Assembly (NCBI GenBank): GCA_964499695.1
Contig: CAZCMD010000002.1
Location: 5,423-69,422 of the forward strand
From: an uncultured Desulfatiglans sp.
GTDB taxonomy: Bacteria > Desulfobacterota > DSM-4660 > Desulfatiglandales > HGW-15
DNA length: 64,000 nucleotides
Direction: 5' to 3'
The notes under the pieces are model-generated. The model was given only the letters and a program-made list of their open reading frames with translations, had not been told where the DNA came from and ran no database searches. The translations under genes were made by a program, and so were the position numbers. Shown here one piece after another: positions 8,742-18,210 of the stretch (its first letter is position 1; every line of letters begins with the position of its first letter).

Positions 8742-9299
8742 ATGAAACGATATTTACTATATTCATCAATTCTTATTGTATTAACCCTTAACATTTTTTC
8801 GGCTTCTGTATCCGGTGCTGTTGAATATAAATGGCTCAAGACATCAAACTATCAGACAGTTCTGGTATTTGCAGATATAAAGGAATGCGGGCAATTATCC
8901 GGATATATGAAAGATACTATAAAGGTTATCCTGTCGCGCTCGGATATCAAAGCGACCATCTCAGACAGCCTTGTTTTTCAGTCTGAAGAAGAAGGTGGTG
9001 GATTTACACTGGAGCTTATGAACAGTAAACTGATAGAAGACCGCAAGATACTCTTTTATGTGTATGGCAGATGTATTGAATATGGCTCGGCCCTTATTTA
9101 CCAGTTTGATATAAATTTCGCCACATATGATAATAAGAGCTCACAGGCACTTATCTATTCATCGCCCAGACACAGCGTGTTTGGCGCTGATTCAGTAAAC
9201 GGTATTAAAAGGAAATTTAAAAAGCTCATGGAAGATGCAACGATTGATTATCTCTCATCCAATAAAGAACAGTCAAAACCTTATAAAACAAATAGGTAA
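8742..9299 (+). CDS. Exported hypothetical protein
   Basis: ATG at 8742 with GAGGTG 7 nt upstream. Signal peptide MKRYLLYSSILIVLTLNIFSASVSG. Confidence 0.55.
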   Translation: MKRYLLYSSILIVLTLNIFSASVSGAVEYKWLKTSNYQTVLVFADIKECGQLSGYMKDTIKVILSRSDIKATISDSLVFQSEEEGGGFTLELMNSKLIEDRKILFYVYGRCIEYGSALIYQFDINFATYDNKSSQALIYSSPRHSVFGADSVNGIKRKFKKLMEDATIDYLSSNKEQSKPYKTNR

Positions 9300-9374
9300 A
9301 AACCGGTTGACTTTTATGGAGCAGCCATTTTAGATATCTTTACTATTAATAAAACATCAGGAAAGGAATGAACA

Positions 9375-9914
9375 ATGACACAAAGGAAATATGAGAGACT
9401 TGTATATGAGTTTAAACCTGAATACAACGAGGCAGCAGCTGAAGGCGTGGGAACGGATTTTGTCTATTCTCCACAGGCATATTTCAGGGGTGCATGTCAG
9501 ATACCCGGTTCAAAGTACAATGTGGGTTTTCAGATCTTTGTAAAACCCTTCTTTCTTGACAGGACTCCTCACCGACACCCTGTTGAAGAATATCTTATTT
9601 TTCTGGGTGGGACATTCCCCAATGTGTTTGAATTTGACGCTGATATTTCGCTCTGTCTGGGTGAAGAGATGGAGGAATATATCATTACCAAGCCAACCAT
9701 AGTGCGCATACCCGCCGGCGTGCTCCACTGCCCGCTTAATTTCAAGCGTGTTGATAAGCCGATCTTTTTTCAGGCAGCATGCATGCAGGGTATGTTCGGC
9801 GGCGTATATAATGGAAAGGAGATCTATTACAATGGGCCTGGCCAGTGTGTATATGATGCAGACAAGAAGTGCGATGCCTGCAAAAAATGCCTGGATGATG
9901 ACTGGGATAGATAA
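9375..9914 (+). CDS. Cupin-like hypothetical protein with a Cys-rich C-terminus
   Basis: HRHPVEEYLIFLGG resembles cupin motif 1. C-terminal CVYDADKKCDACKKC. AGGAAAGGA RBS. Confidence 0.35.
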   Translation: MTQRKYERLVYEFKPEYNEAAAEGVGTDFVYSPQAYFRGACQIPGSKYNVGFQIFVKPFFLDRTPHRHPVEEYLIFLGGTFPNVFEFDADISLCLGEEMEEYIITKPTIVRIPAGVLHCPLNFKRVDKPIFFQAACMQGMFGGVYNGKEIYYNGPGQCVYDADKKCDACKKCLDDDWDR

Positions 9915-9931
9915 TTTTTACATGATAAGCC

Positions 9932-9962
9932 TGTTGAGACTGGTTTGAAACCCGTCTCAACA
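9932..9962. terminator. Hairpin between convergent genes (possible bidirectional terminator)
   Basis: tgttgagac-N13-gtctcaaca forms a 9-bp perfect stem between the stops at 9914 (+) and 9991 (-). The flanking T/A runs are weak. Confidence 0.45.
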
Positions 9963-9990
9963 CCTCATTTTATAACCCTACTGGCCATTC

Positions 9991-12900
9991 TCAATTTTTA
10001 ATACTATTTATCTCAGAAATAGCCCATTCTGCACTTTTTCTTGAGAGTTCATTCTCATCTTTCAGGAGCTTTGTCAGTGCAGGTATGGCAGTTTTAGCAG
10101 GTTTTCCTATCTTTCCAAGGGCGAGAGCCACCTTTGATTTTACAAAATAGTTTTTATCATCAAGGGAATCGATCAATGCAGGAACAGCTTCGATGGTTGA
10201 GGGACTCCTTTTACCAAGTGCCGCTGCTGACCGTACCTTGACCATATTATCCCCATTATCAAGTTCATCAATTAGTATAGACACTGCCTCTTTTACAGAC
10301 TGATCTATGGCGATAAGTGCGTCGGCAGCGCTGATCCTGACCTTGGGGTCACTATCTTTTAATGCGTTAACAAGCTGACCTGCGCTTGATTTTGCCTCTT
10401 TTCCTATCTTGCCAAGGGCACGGGCTGCACATACCTTTACTAAAGGACTCGGATCACTAAGTGCATTAGCAAGTTCAGGTACAGCAGGTGCTGCCATCGG
10501 CCCTATGCTGCCCAAGGCATCAGCAGCTCCCCACTTTACACTCTCTATACTGTTAATATCGGAAAAAACCTTTTGAAGGTAAGGTACTACCTTTTTTCCG
10601 GTAGCACCGAGAAGAAATATACTGTTCCTGTGGACATATTCATCCTGATCTTTTAACAGCTCTATAAGTGCAAAAATATATGCCTCTGAATCCATACCAA
10701 TATTGATAAGCGAACGTACAGCAGCATACTGTACAGCAGAGCTGGAATCTTTAAGAGATGAGGTCAGGTTGATTGCCGCATCTTTTATTTCAGGACCCAT
10801 TTTACCAATGGATTCAGTTGCGCTTACCCGTACATTTTCATCCTGATCCTTAAGTGCAGCAATAATTTTTGAAATTACTTCTTTATTAACAGGCTTTATA
10901 TTCCCAAGGGCATAAACTGCACCAGACCTTACATCCGGGTTTGTATCCTTTGATGCCTCAATAAGGGGTTTAACAGCCTCAGGCCCTATCATGCCCAAAA
11001 TATATACAATATTTTCCGGCTGCCAGACAACAGGCTCAGGCCCTTTCTGATCTTGAATTGCTACAGCAGATTTATCCTTAAGGTACTGAATAAGCGCAGG
11101 AACAGCATCAGGGCCGATAATGATAAGGGCATCAGCAGCGGCAGACTGTACATTAGGATTTTTATCCTTCAGTTTAAGTATCAGTTCAGGAATAGCCGTC
11201 TTGCCAATAATTCCCAGTGCCTCCGAAACCCTGTAACGGATGGATTTGTCATCAAGGGCTTTAATAAGGTGAGGGACAGCCGAAGGCCCTATCTTTCCAA
11301 GGGTGTTAACAACCTTTGAGCGAAAATATTCATCATTTTTATGTTTAAGAGCTTCGATTAACAGGGGAACAGCATCCTTTGCTGCGCTACCAGTTTTACT
11401 AATTGCATATACGGCATATGACCTGACAAAGATATCCCTGTCTTTAATGGCATCCATCAGCGCCCCTAACGTCTCTTTTCCAGAAGGATCAATCTTGATT
11501 ATGGCACTTACGGCAAGCCTTCTTACAATCACATCTTCATCTTTAACTGCCATTATCAGGGCAGGAATGGCTGCCTTGTCAGATGAACCGATATGGTTTA
11601 TTGCCTCAACCCCTGCCCTGCGTATAATCACCTCCTTGTCTTGAAGGGCCTCAATAATGGCGGAAATGGCCTCTGAGGTAGGTGAACCTGACTTTCCAAG
11701 GACATTGATAACTGTATTTCTTAAAACAGGGTCATTATCCCTTGATGCACTTACAAGGGCAGCGGTTACATCATTTCCGGTTGCCCCAATTGATAAAATG
11801 GCATTTGCAGCAATTGCGCGCAAATAGGTCTCTTCATTTTTTGAAGTTATGATCTTTAATAATTCAGGAACAGCATCCTTTGCCTTTACTCCTTTTTTAG
11901 AGAGGGCTTCAACTGCATATGCCCTGATAGAGGGATCAGTATCCTTAAGATCTTTTATCAGTGATAAAACATCCCTGTCAGCTAAAGGAATTGAATCAGC
12001 ACCAGCGTCTATGGCCTGCATATCAGGTTGGAGCTTACTTTCTTTTAGTGTTTCAGAATCGGGTACGCTCTTCTCTCCATCATGCGAAGTACTATCAATA
12101 TAATCGTTAGATTTTAATCGGATAGCACTGTCATATGCATTCAATGCCTGGAGAGCCTCTGAGTTTGTGCTTTTTGATGAGATGATCTTTCTTAATGCCT
12201 CGGCTGCACTGGTATGAATGGAGACATCATTGCCTTTTAATATCTTCACCAGACCGGGTATGGCCCCTTTTGCTGGCGCCCCGATCTCACCCAGGGCATC
12301 AGCAGATAATTTTCTAATAGTTATATCCTGATCCGAAAGAGATGCAACGAGGTATGGTACAGCAGCATCAGCAGACGGACCGATATTAATAATGGCATTA
12401 ACAGCAGCCAGACGAACTGGTTTTTTACCATTGGTATCACCCAGTATCTTGCCAAGTTCAGTGACAGCACCCTTTGCATCAGCACCTATTACACCTAGTG
12501 CAATGGCCGCACCCTCCCTGATATTTTCATCTTTATTTTTAAGCGCACCTGTAAGGGCCGGTAGAGCCTTTGCCCCCATCCTGCCAATGATGTTTTCAGG
12601 GCTATAATATGAATTACCTGCGTTGCTTATCTTCATGGCATCTATTAAGGGCTGTATTGCATCCTGACCCATACGTGTCAATGCATAAGAGGCCCCCCAA
12701 TTTATTGAGCCATTAATATCTTTCTCATTAATTACATCAATCAGGACTGGTATGGCTGCCTTTGCCTTTGATCCCATTCTTCCTATGGTAACAGCAGCCC
12801 TGTATCTTAAGATATTGTCATTTTTATCCTTCAGGGCATTTACAAGGGCTGACACACTCTGAGCTCCTATCCTGATCAAAACGGTTGCAGGGCCCTCCAC

Positions 12901-13437
12901 ACTCCAGACAATATCATCATTCCCCTGTTTAAGGCTTTTTATCAGATCAGGAATAGCAGACAAACCAAAACCGGTAAGGGAGTCAACAGCGCATTTTCTG
13001 ATGTAAGGATCATTATCCTTCATCATGCGGATAAGCGCCTGAGCAGCATCTTTTGAATGAGAACCTGTTTTACCGAGCGCAACAAGAGAGGCGATGCGTA
13101 CAGAATCATCCTCGTCATCAAGGGCCTTTATAAGATAAGGAATCGCATCCTTTGCCTGTTCACCCATATCTCCAAGTACCTTTACCGCCCTTTCACGGAC
13201 AGCAGGGTCTTTATCCTTAAGGGAATCTAAAAGGGTAGATACAGTTTCTCCTCTTGTAGAATCTACGTTATTTATAAGATCTGCAACCTTCTCTTTATCT
13301 TTAATGTCCTTGGTATCTGTTATTTTACCGGGGCTGTCATTGCTGGTCATGGCCGGTAAAGGATGAATTAACACTGATATGGCAATGGTCACAAGAATTA
13401 AACAGATATTTGTGCCCTTTATAACTGCCCTGCTCAT
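9991..13437 (-). CDS. Giant HEAT-repeat (PBS-lyase HEAT-like) protein with an N-terminal signal/anchor, 1148 aa
   Basis: More than 25 tandem units of about 31 aa of the type D.D..VR..A..ALG.IG (e.g. DKDPAVRERAVKVLGDMG, DEDDSVRIASLVALGKTG). Hydrophobic N-terminus ICLILVTIAISVLIHPLPA. The start is 23 nt after the exbD stop. Confidence 0.85.
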   Translation of the reverse strand: MSRAVIKGTNICLILVTIAISVLIHPLPAMTSNDSPGKITDTKDIKDKEKVADLINNVDSTRGETVSTLLDSLKDKDPAVRERAVKVLGDMGEQAKDAIPYLIKALDDEDDSVRIASLVALGKTGSHSKDAAQALIRMMKDNDPYIRKCAVDSLTGFGLSAIPDLIKSLKQGNDDIVWSVEGPATVLIRIGAQSVSALVNALKDKNDNILRYRAAVTIGRMGSKAKAAIPVLIDVINEKDINGSINWGASYALTRMGQDAIQPLIDAMKISNAGNSYYSPENIIGRMGAKALPALTGALKNKDENIREGAAIALGVIGADAKGAVTELGKILGDTNGKKPVRLAAVNAIINIGPSADAAVPYLVASLSDQDITIRKLSADALGEIGAPAKGAIPGLVKILKGNDVSIHTSAAEALRKIISSKSTNSEALQALNAYDSAIRLKSNDYIDSTSHDGEKSVPDSETLKESKLQPDMQAIDAGADSIPLADRDVLSLIKDLKDTDPSIRAYAVEALSKKGVKAKDAVPELLKIITSKNEETYLRAIAANAILSIGATGNDVTAALVSASRDNDPVLRNTVINVLGKSGSPTSEAISAIIEALQDKEVIIRRAGVEAINHIGSSDKAAIPALIMAVKDEDVIVRRLAVSAIIKIDPSGKETLGALMDAIKDRDIFVRSYAVYAISKTGSAAKDAVPLLIEALKHKNDEYFRSKVVNTLGKIGPSAVPHLIKALDDKSIRYRVSEALGIIGKTAIPELILKLKDKNPNVQSAAADALIIIGPDAVPALIQYLKDKSAVAIQDQKGPEPVVWQPENIVYILGMIGPEAVKPLIEASKDTNPDVRSGAVYALGNIKPVNKEVISKIIAALKDQDENVRVSATESIGKMGPEIKDAAINLTSSLKDSSSAVQYAAVRSLINIGMDSEAYIFALIELLKDQDEYVHRNSIFLLGATGKKVVPYLQKVFSDINSIESVKWGAADALGSIGPMAAPAVPELANALSDPSPLVKVCAARALGKIGKEAKSSAGQLVNALKDSDPKVRISAADALIAIDQSVKEAVSILIDELDNGDNMVKVRSAAALGKRSPSTIEAVPALIDSLDDKNYFVKSKVALALGKIGKPAKTAIPALTKLLKDENELSRKSAEWAISEINSIKN

Positions 13438-13460
13438 TAATAACTCCTGTTAAATAAAAA

Positions 13461-13868
13461 TTACCGATCCTTTTCCGTGGCAAGGCACAATCTTCCAGCG
13501 CCGGCAGCCTTTGCAACATCCATCACCCTCACAGCCTTATTCAGGATCACACCCCTGTCTGCCTTGATAACGACAAGCCTGTCCTTGTCATTACCGATCA
13601 TCTTTTTCAGATCCTTGAACAGTGCATCAAGGGAGATCTCCTTATTCATCAAAAATGCCCTTCCCTCTTTATCCACATACAGGGTTATCTCCTGTTGGGT
13701 CTGGGGCGCTGCGGCATTTGCCTGGGGCAGCTTTATCTTGATACCCTCATCAACCAGAAAATTTGTTGTAAGGAGAAAATAGATAAGGAGCAGAAACACT
13801 ATGTCTATAAGCGATGTCAGGGGCGACTGAATTTCATATCTTCTTTTTTTACGAGGTTTTAATGACAT
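13461..13868 (-). CDS. exbD: ExbD/TolR-family biopolymer transport protein
   Basis: 135 aa. N-terminal TM segment (LTSLIDIVFLLLIYFLL) followed by a periplasmic ExbD-type domain. Confidence 0.85.
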   Translation of the reverse strand: MSLKPRKKRRYEIQSPLTSLIDIVFLLLIYFLLTTNFLVDEGIKIKLPQANAAAPQTQQEITLYVDKEGRAFLMNKEISLDALFKDLKKMIGNDKDRLVVIKADRGVILNKAVRVMDVAKAAGAGRLCLATEKDR

Positions 13869-13877
13869 GATTTACCT

Positions 13878-14489
13878 TTATTTTTTTAGTCTTCCAATGC
13901 CTTTAATAAATGTAACTGCACCTGACTGAAGTACTGCCTCATATTTGTCTATCCTGGAATAGAGGTAACTATAGGCGACCATTGTTGGGAGCGCTACACC
14001 AAGACCAAGGGCAGTTGTAAGCATTGCCTCCCAGATGCCTCCTGCAAGTACTGCTGCATTAACCTTTCCACCCATCTCCTGGATAACCATAAATGCCTTT
14101 ATCATCCCGAATACAGTACCCAGAAGTCCAAGAAGCGGGGCAATATTGCCCATTGTGGCAAGTGCCTGCACATACCGGGAAAGACTTCTAACCTCTTCAT
14201 CAGTGGAGTTGGAAATGACTGTCTCAAGGGTATCCCTGTCCTGGTCAATTACCTCTACTGCATGTAAAAGCACTCTTCCCATTGGAGAGTTGCTTTTTAA
14301 AAGCATATCCTGAAGATGTTTTTCATCGCCTTCCTTAAGCATCTGTACTGTCTTTAAGGCAAGATCAGTGCCATGGTTATTTATTTTTGAAAACCTTATT
14401 AGCCGCTCGACGAAAATGGCAAGTGCTATGACAGAACACAGTAAAATGGGAATTACCAGCACACCGCCTTTAGCAAGTAAATCAAACAT
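13878..14489 (-). CDS. exbB: MotA/TolQ/ExbB-family proton channel
   Basis: 203 aa with the conserved C-terminal TM pair (...GNIAPLLGLLGTVFGMIKAF...AGGIWEAMLTTALGL...). Confidence 0.85.
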   Translation of the reverse strand: MFDLLAKGGVLVIPILLCSVIALAIFVERLIRFSKINNHGTDLALKTVQMLKEGDEKHLQDMLLKSNSPMGRVLLHAVEVIDQDRDTLETVISNSTDEEVRSLSRYVQALATMGNIAPLLGLLGTVFGMIKAFMVIQEMGGKVNAAVLAGGIWEAMLTTALGLGVALPTMVAYSYLYSRIDKYEAVLQSGAVTFIKGIGRLKK

Positions 14490-14617
14490 CCTTTTTCCTC
14501 CTTGTTAATTACATTTTACCTTTCATAACCCTCTGTAGAGACAAGGCATGTTTACCCGCCAGTATTTTGGCGGGCCTTGCTTCTACTATTTATCCGGGCA
14601 ATTCATATCGCTATAAA

Positions 14618-16345
14618 TCATTCTGTCACCGCCCCCTGATCCTCTCCGGCCTCTTCAACAATATCAGGGGTTCCGTCATAATCCAGGTCCTTCTTTGTCT
14701 GGATAACAGCCTCTGTCTCATCATAGATTTCCCAGATATCGGGCTTGCCATCAAGGTTGGTATCCTCTTCAACAGAGGTCAAAATATTCTCTGCATAATG
14801 AAACCATGTATCAATCTTTCCATCAAGATTATCATCCTTTTCGGCCAGTACTGCCTTTTCACCTTCATAGTGCCAGATGATATTTATCTTTCCGGTATCC
14901 CCTTCATCCTTTTCGATCTTTGTTATCTTACCGTTTTTATCCAGATGGTCTATCTGCTCAAGCCTGCCATCACTGTTTTCATCAATCTCTTTTTTCTTGA
15001 GCAGTGAATCCTGATAAAAAAGCCGTGTCTCAGGATTACTATCATTATCAGCATCATTTTCCAAAATAACAGACCACTCCGGCCTGTTATACCAGTAGGT
15101 TATTTCGAATCTGCTGTCATGGTTTTCATCCTTTAAACGTTTGACCCTCTTTCCCTCAGTATAAAGCTCAATGATATCCACTACACCGCTGGCATTTGCA
15201 TCCTTTTCAACACGGGCAAGACCTTTCAGATTATAAAATGCCCAGGTGTCATATCGCCCATCAAGATTACTGTCATCCTCAGACATCTTTTTGCTCCCAT
15301 TATTATTTAAAAAGACCCTGTCATCAGCTATGCCGTCCATATTTTTATCCCTGGTCATCAAATATACTACGGCTCCTTTTGTGTTAAAAAATCTGATCCG
15401 GTCTATTTGACCCGTATGCATCGAGTCATCAAATATCTTTTTTAAAATTCCTTTATCATCATAAAAAGAAAATCTGTCAGGGGCCCCGTTAAAATTGCTA
15501 TCAGCCTCTTCTGAAAAAGGCTTATCCTTTTTGATTGCAACTGATGAGTCATATTTGCCGTCAAGGTTTTTATCCCTTTTCTGTATTACAGGAAGGGAAT
15601 TCACAAAGGATGTTAAGATTTCATACCTCCCGTCAAGGTCCCTGTCTCTTTTTTCTTCTTTGAGTTCACCGGCTTCATAAATGCGGAATATATCCATGAT
15701 CCCGTCCTTGTCTGAATCCAGACTGCGGCTATATAACTGCCCTTCACTGTCAAAGCGTGTTACATAATCAAGGATATTGTCCCCATCAGGATCTGACATC
15801 TGCATATAAGGTTTATCGTTTTTATAATCCTGCCAGACATTCACCTTTTTATCGTTGTCTGTATCATCTAAATAAGAGACAAGCTTTCCATCATTGTAGT
15901 AAACAACCTGGTTTAAATTCCCATCGCCATTTGTATCTATTCTCCTCCTGACCCACTTCTCATCTTCATCAAAATCAATTATTTCATATATTCTACCCTC
16001 TTTATTTATCTTTTCCTGACGTATGACTTTACCTTCTGAATAGTATATCCTTTCGTCTATTTTGTTATCAAAATCACTGTCAGTTTCAATCCTTAAATAC
16101 TTATCGTTTTTAACATAATAAAACTTATCCATTATCCCGTCTTCATTGTTATCAGACTCAACCAGATTGATAACGCCTATTGAGGCGTCCCTGTGGATAA
16201 TACTGTCAGCCTCACCATCAAGATCCCTGTCCTGAACAACTGTAACTGCCATTACCTGACTGCACAATAAATGCAGTAAAAAGATGATCAAAGGAGCTGT
16301 TGAAACAGCAGATAAAAAAGATAGTTTATTTCTGTTTTTTTTCAT
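14618..16345 (-). CDS. Secreted protein made of about 22 tandem 24-aa DxDxDG (EF-hand-loop-like) repeats
   Basis: Signal peptide MKKNRNKLSFLSAVSTAPLIIFLLHLLCSQVMA. Repeats include DTNGDGNLNQVVYYNDGKLVSYLD, DSDKDGIMDIFRIYEAGELKEEKR and DDNLDGKIDTWFHYAENILTSVEE. I preferred the ATG at 16345 over the ORF-track start at 16369. Confidence 0.75.
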   Translation of the reverse strand: MKKNRNKLSFLSAVSTAPLIIFLLHLLCSQVMAVTVVQDRDLDGEADSIIHRDASIGVINLVESDNNEDGIMDKFYYVKNDKYLRIETDSDFDNKIDERIYYSEGKVIRQEKINKEGRIYEIIDFDEDEKWVRRRIDTNGDGNLNQVVYYNDGKLVSYLDDTDNDKKVNVWQDYKNDKPYMQMSDPDGDNILDYVTRFDSEGQLYSRSLDSDKDGIMDIFRIYEAGELKEEKRDRDLDGRYEILTSFVNSLPVIQKRDKNLDGKYDSSVAIKKDKPFSEEADSNFNGAPDRFSFYDDKGILKKIFDDSMHTGQIDRIRFFNTKGAVVYLMTRDKNMDGIADDRVFLNNNGSKKMSEDDSNLDGRYDTWAFYNLKGLARVEKDANASGVVDIIELYTEGKRVKRLKDENHDSRFEITYWYNRPEWSVILENDADNDSNPETRLFYQDSLLKKKEIDENSDGRLEQIDHLDKNGKITKIEKDEGDTGKINIIWHYEGEKAVLAEKDDNLDGKIDTWFHYAENILTSVEEDTNLDGKPDIWEIYDETEAVIQTKKDLDYDGTPDIVEEAGEDQGAVTE

Positions 16346-16355
16346 TTGATAGGTC

Positions 16356-16991
16356 TCATAACAGTTCAAATGATAGATTTAATGGTATTACAACTCCGCC
16401 CTTGAAGATATTCTGCGGAGGTTTTGGAAAGGGAATACTGTCTTTTACTGCCTGAAGCGCAGCATGGTTCAGGGAATTATAAGGGCATGGTTTAACAATC
16501 TTCAGATTACTGACTGTACCATCAGGATTTATGATAAAGCTCAGGGAAACAACCGCCTCCTTGTACGTACCGTCCGCATCTTTAGGGTATTTTTTAACCC
16601 GCTCTATCCTGCGGAGGACCATCTCTTTATAGTCTTCACCCTTTGTAAGGCCAGACACACCTTCAATAAGGCTTGATGAAAGTGCTGTATCGCCATGCCC
16701 GGTCATAATACGGCTTACATCCGGAACTGATAGAGGGGCTGCCTGGCTGATATTTATCTTGCTGTCGTTCTGAAGCACAGGCTTTGGTATCATCGGGGGC
16801 CTCGGTATGCCGCGGCCAGGGGTCTTTTTTTCCTGCATCATATTCAATTCTATGAACTGGTATACCTTTGAGGAGAGTAACCCATTCATGTGGAGATATA
16901 TCGGGATGTGTACAACCATGGAAAAAATAATCAGCCATAACAAGAGCTTATTTGATTTTTTATCAGTATTATGTATAGATTCCATCAACAC
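16356..16991 (-). CDS. tonB: TonB-family energy transducer
   Basis: N-terminal TM segment (LLLWLIIFSMVVHIPIYL), Pro-rich linker (GRGIPRPPMIPKPV) and a C-terminal TonB_C-like domain (…AVVSLSFIINPDGTVSNLKIVKPCPYNSLNHAALQAV…). Confidence 0.8.
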   Translation of the reverse strand: MLMESIHNTDKKSNKLLLWLIIFSMVVHIPIYLHMNGLLSSKVYQFIELNMMQEKKTPGRGIPRPPMIPKPVLQNDSKINISQAAPLSVPDVSRIMTGHGDTALSSSLIEGVSGLTKGEDYKEMVLRRIERVKKYPKDADGTYKEAVVSLSFIINPDGTVSNLKIVKPCPYNSLNHAALQAVKDSIPFPKPPQNIFKGGVVIPLNLSFELL

Positions 16992-17232
16992 TATCCTAAA
17001 ATCAATGTTTTAAACAATATGGTTTTTAATGCAGATAAAAAAACTGAAAAGCTTATAAAACTTATAACAACAGGAAAAGGTGAATGTAAAGAGAAAAAGA
17101 TTTATTACTTCCCTAATTGTGCTCAATACAATCACTTTATAAATTTAATTGGCTGTTTTTAAGAATAAAATCCCGCTAATCTATAAACGATCGTAATATA
17201 ATTGCCACGATCTATATATTTTATAAATGTTG

Positions 17233-17775
17233 TTACTTGATTATTTTAACTATATCCCTGAACTTTGGATGCTCTGCTGTCTTTATCAGTTCAAAAAGGG
17301 CCATCTCAACACAAGTCATATTTGCGCCCATGTGTTCCATCTTTTTTAAGGCAAGCTTCCTGTTTTCAGGGTCTCTTGATGCTACTGCATCTGCCACAAT
17401 ATGAACCTCATAGCCCATATCAAGAAGGTTCATTGTGGTTTGATAGATACATATATGGCTTTCTATCCCGGAGATGAGTATCTGTCTTTTACCAATCCTT
17501 TTGATCTCCTCCATAAATGCCTTTTCATCACAGCAACTAAAACTGATCTTTGGGATAGCCGTTAAATCAGGTATAAGTTCCCTGATTTCGGGTATCGTAG
17601 GGCCAAGCCCCTTCGGGTTCTGTTCAGTAAGTATCATGGGTATTTCAAGGCACTTAATACCTTTTATCAACTGCCCGGTGGCCTTAAAGAGAGACTCCTT
17701 ATCATGCATGGCATGGGCAAGGTTTCCCTGAATGTCAATAACAGTGAGCAATGTGTTTTTCAGTTCAAGCGTCAT
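17233..17775 (-). CDS. Isochorismatase-family cysteine hydrolase
   Basis: 180 aa. LLTVIDIQ…, …ILISGIESHICIYQT… (catalytic Cys context) typical of the isochorismatase/YcaC family. Confidence 0.8.
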   Translation of the reverse strand: MTLELKNTLLTVIDIQGNLAHAMHDKESLFKATGQLIKGIKCLEIPMILTEQNPKGLGPTIPEIRELIPDLTAIPKISFSCCDEKAFMEEIKRIGKRQILISGIESHICIYQTTMNLLDMGYEVHIVADAVASRDPENRKLALKKMEHMGANMTCVEMALFELIKTAEHPKFRDIVKIIK

Positions 17776-17787
17776 TTGTTCTCCTTT

Positions 17788-17982
17788 TTAATCGTCCCAG
17801 AATATACATGACATGGGGCATTCACCCATTGCATCCAATATACAGTCCTCATCACCACCTTCAGCCATTATCACAAAGGCCTTTTCAAGTTCATGATTTA
17901 ACTCAAATACTTCCGGACATATATCAGCGCAGCTTCCACATCCTATGCATTCATTTTTATCTATCCGAACCTTTCTGCTCAT
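17788..17982 (-). CDS. Small 4Fe-4S ferredoxin
   Basis: MSRKVRIDKNECIGCGSCADICPEVF…CPMSCI carries a CxxCxxCxxxCP motif. The internal ATG at 17982 is more plausible than the ORF-track start. Confidence 0.8.
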   Translation of the reverse strand: MSRKVRIDKNECIGCGSCADICPEVFELNHELEKAFVIMAEGGDEDCILDAMGECPMSCIFWDD

Positions 17983-18210
17983 AAAAGCTCCATATATATG
18001 ATTGCAAACGGGGGGCACTATACCATATTAACCGGTATTATCCATTTATTTCTATCAGGAAACTTAAATAATTGCTTGAAATAATGAACAGTTTTTTATA
18101 TCTCTATTATAATCGGATTTTTTGGGGCTGAACTCACACTGACAGCCTTTGAAAAGTATAGAAAAAAGTTTATTTAACTAAAATATACCAAACACAATAA
18201 GGAGAACCAG

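Noticed and set aside
14543-14579. Hairpin (cccgcca-N6-tggcggg, nested in caaggc…gccttg) between the repeat-protein gene and exbB, considered as a terminator splitting the operon.
   Set aside because: No U-tract follows on the coding (minus) strand. It may be a processing or attenuation structure, but the evidence is insufficient to call a terminator.
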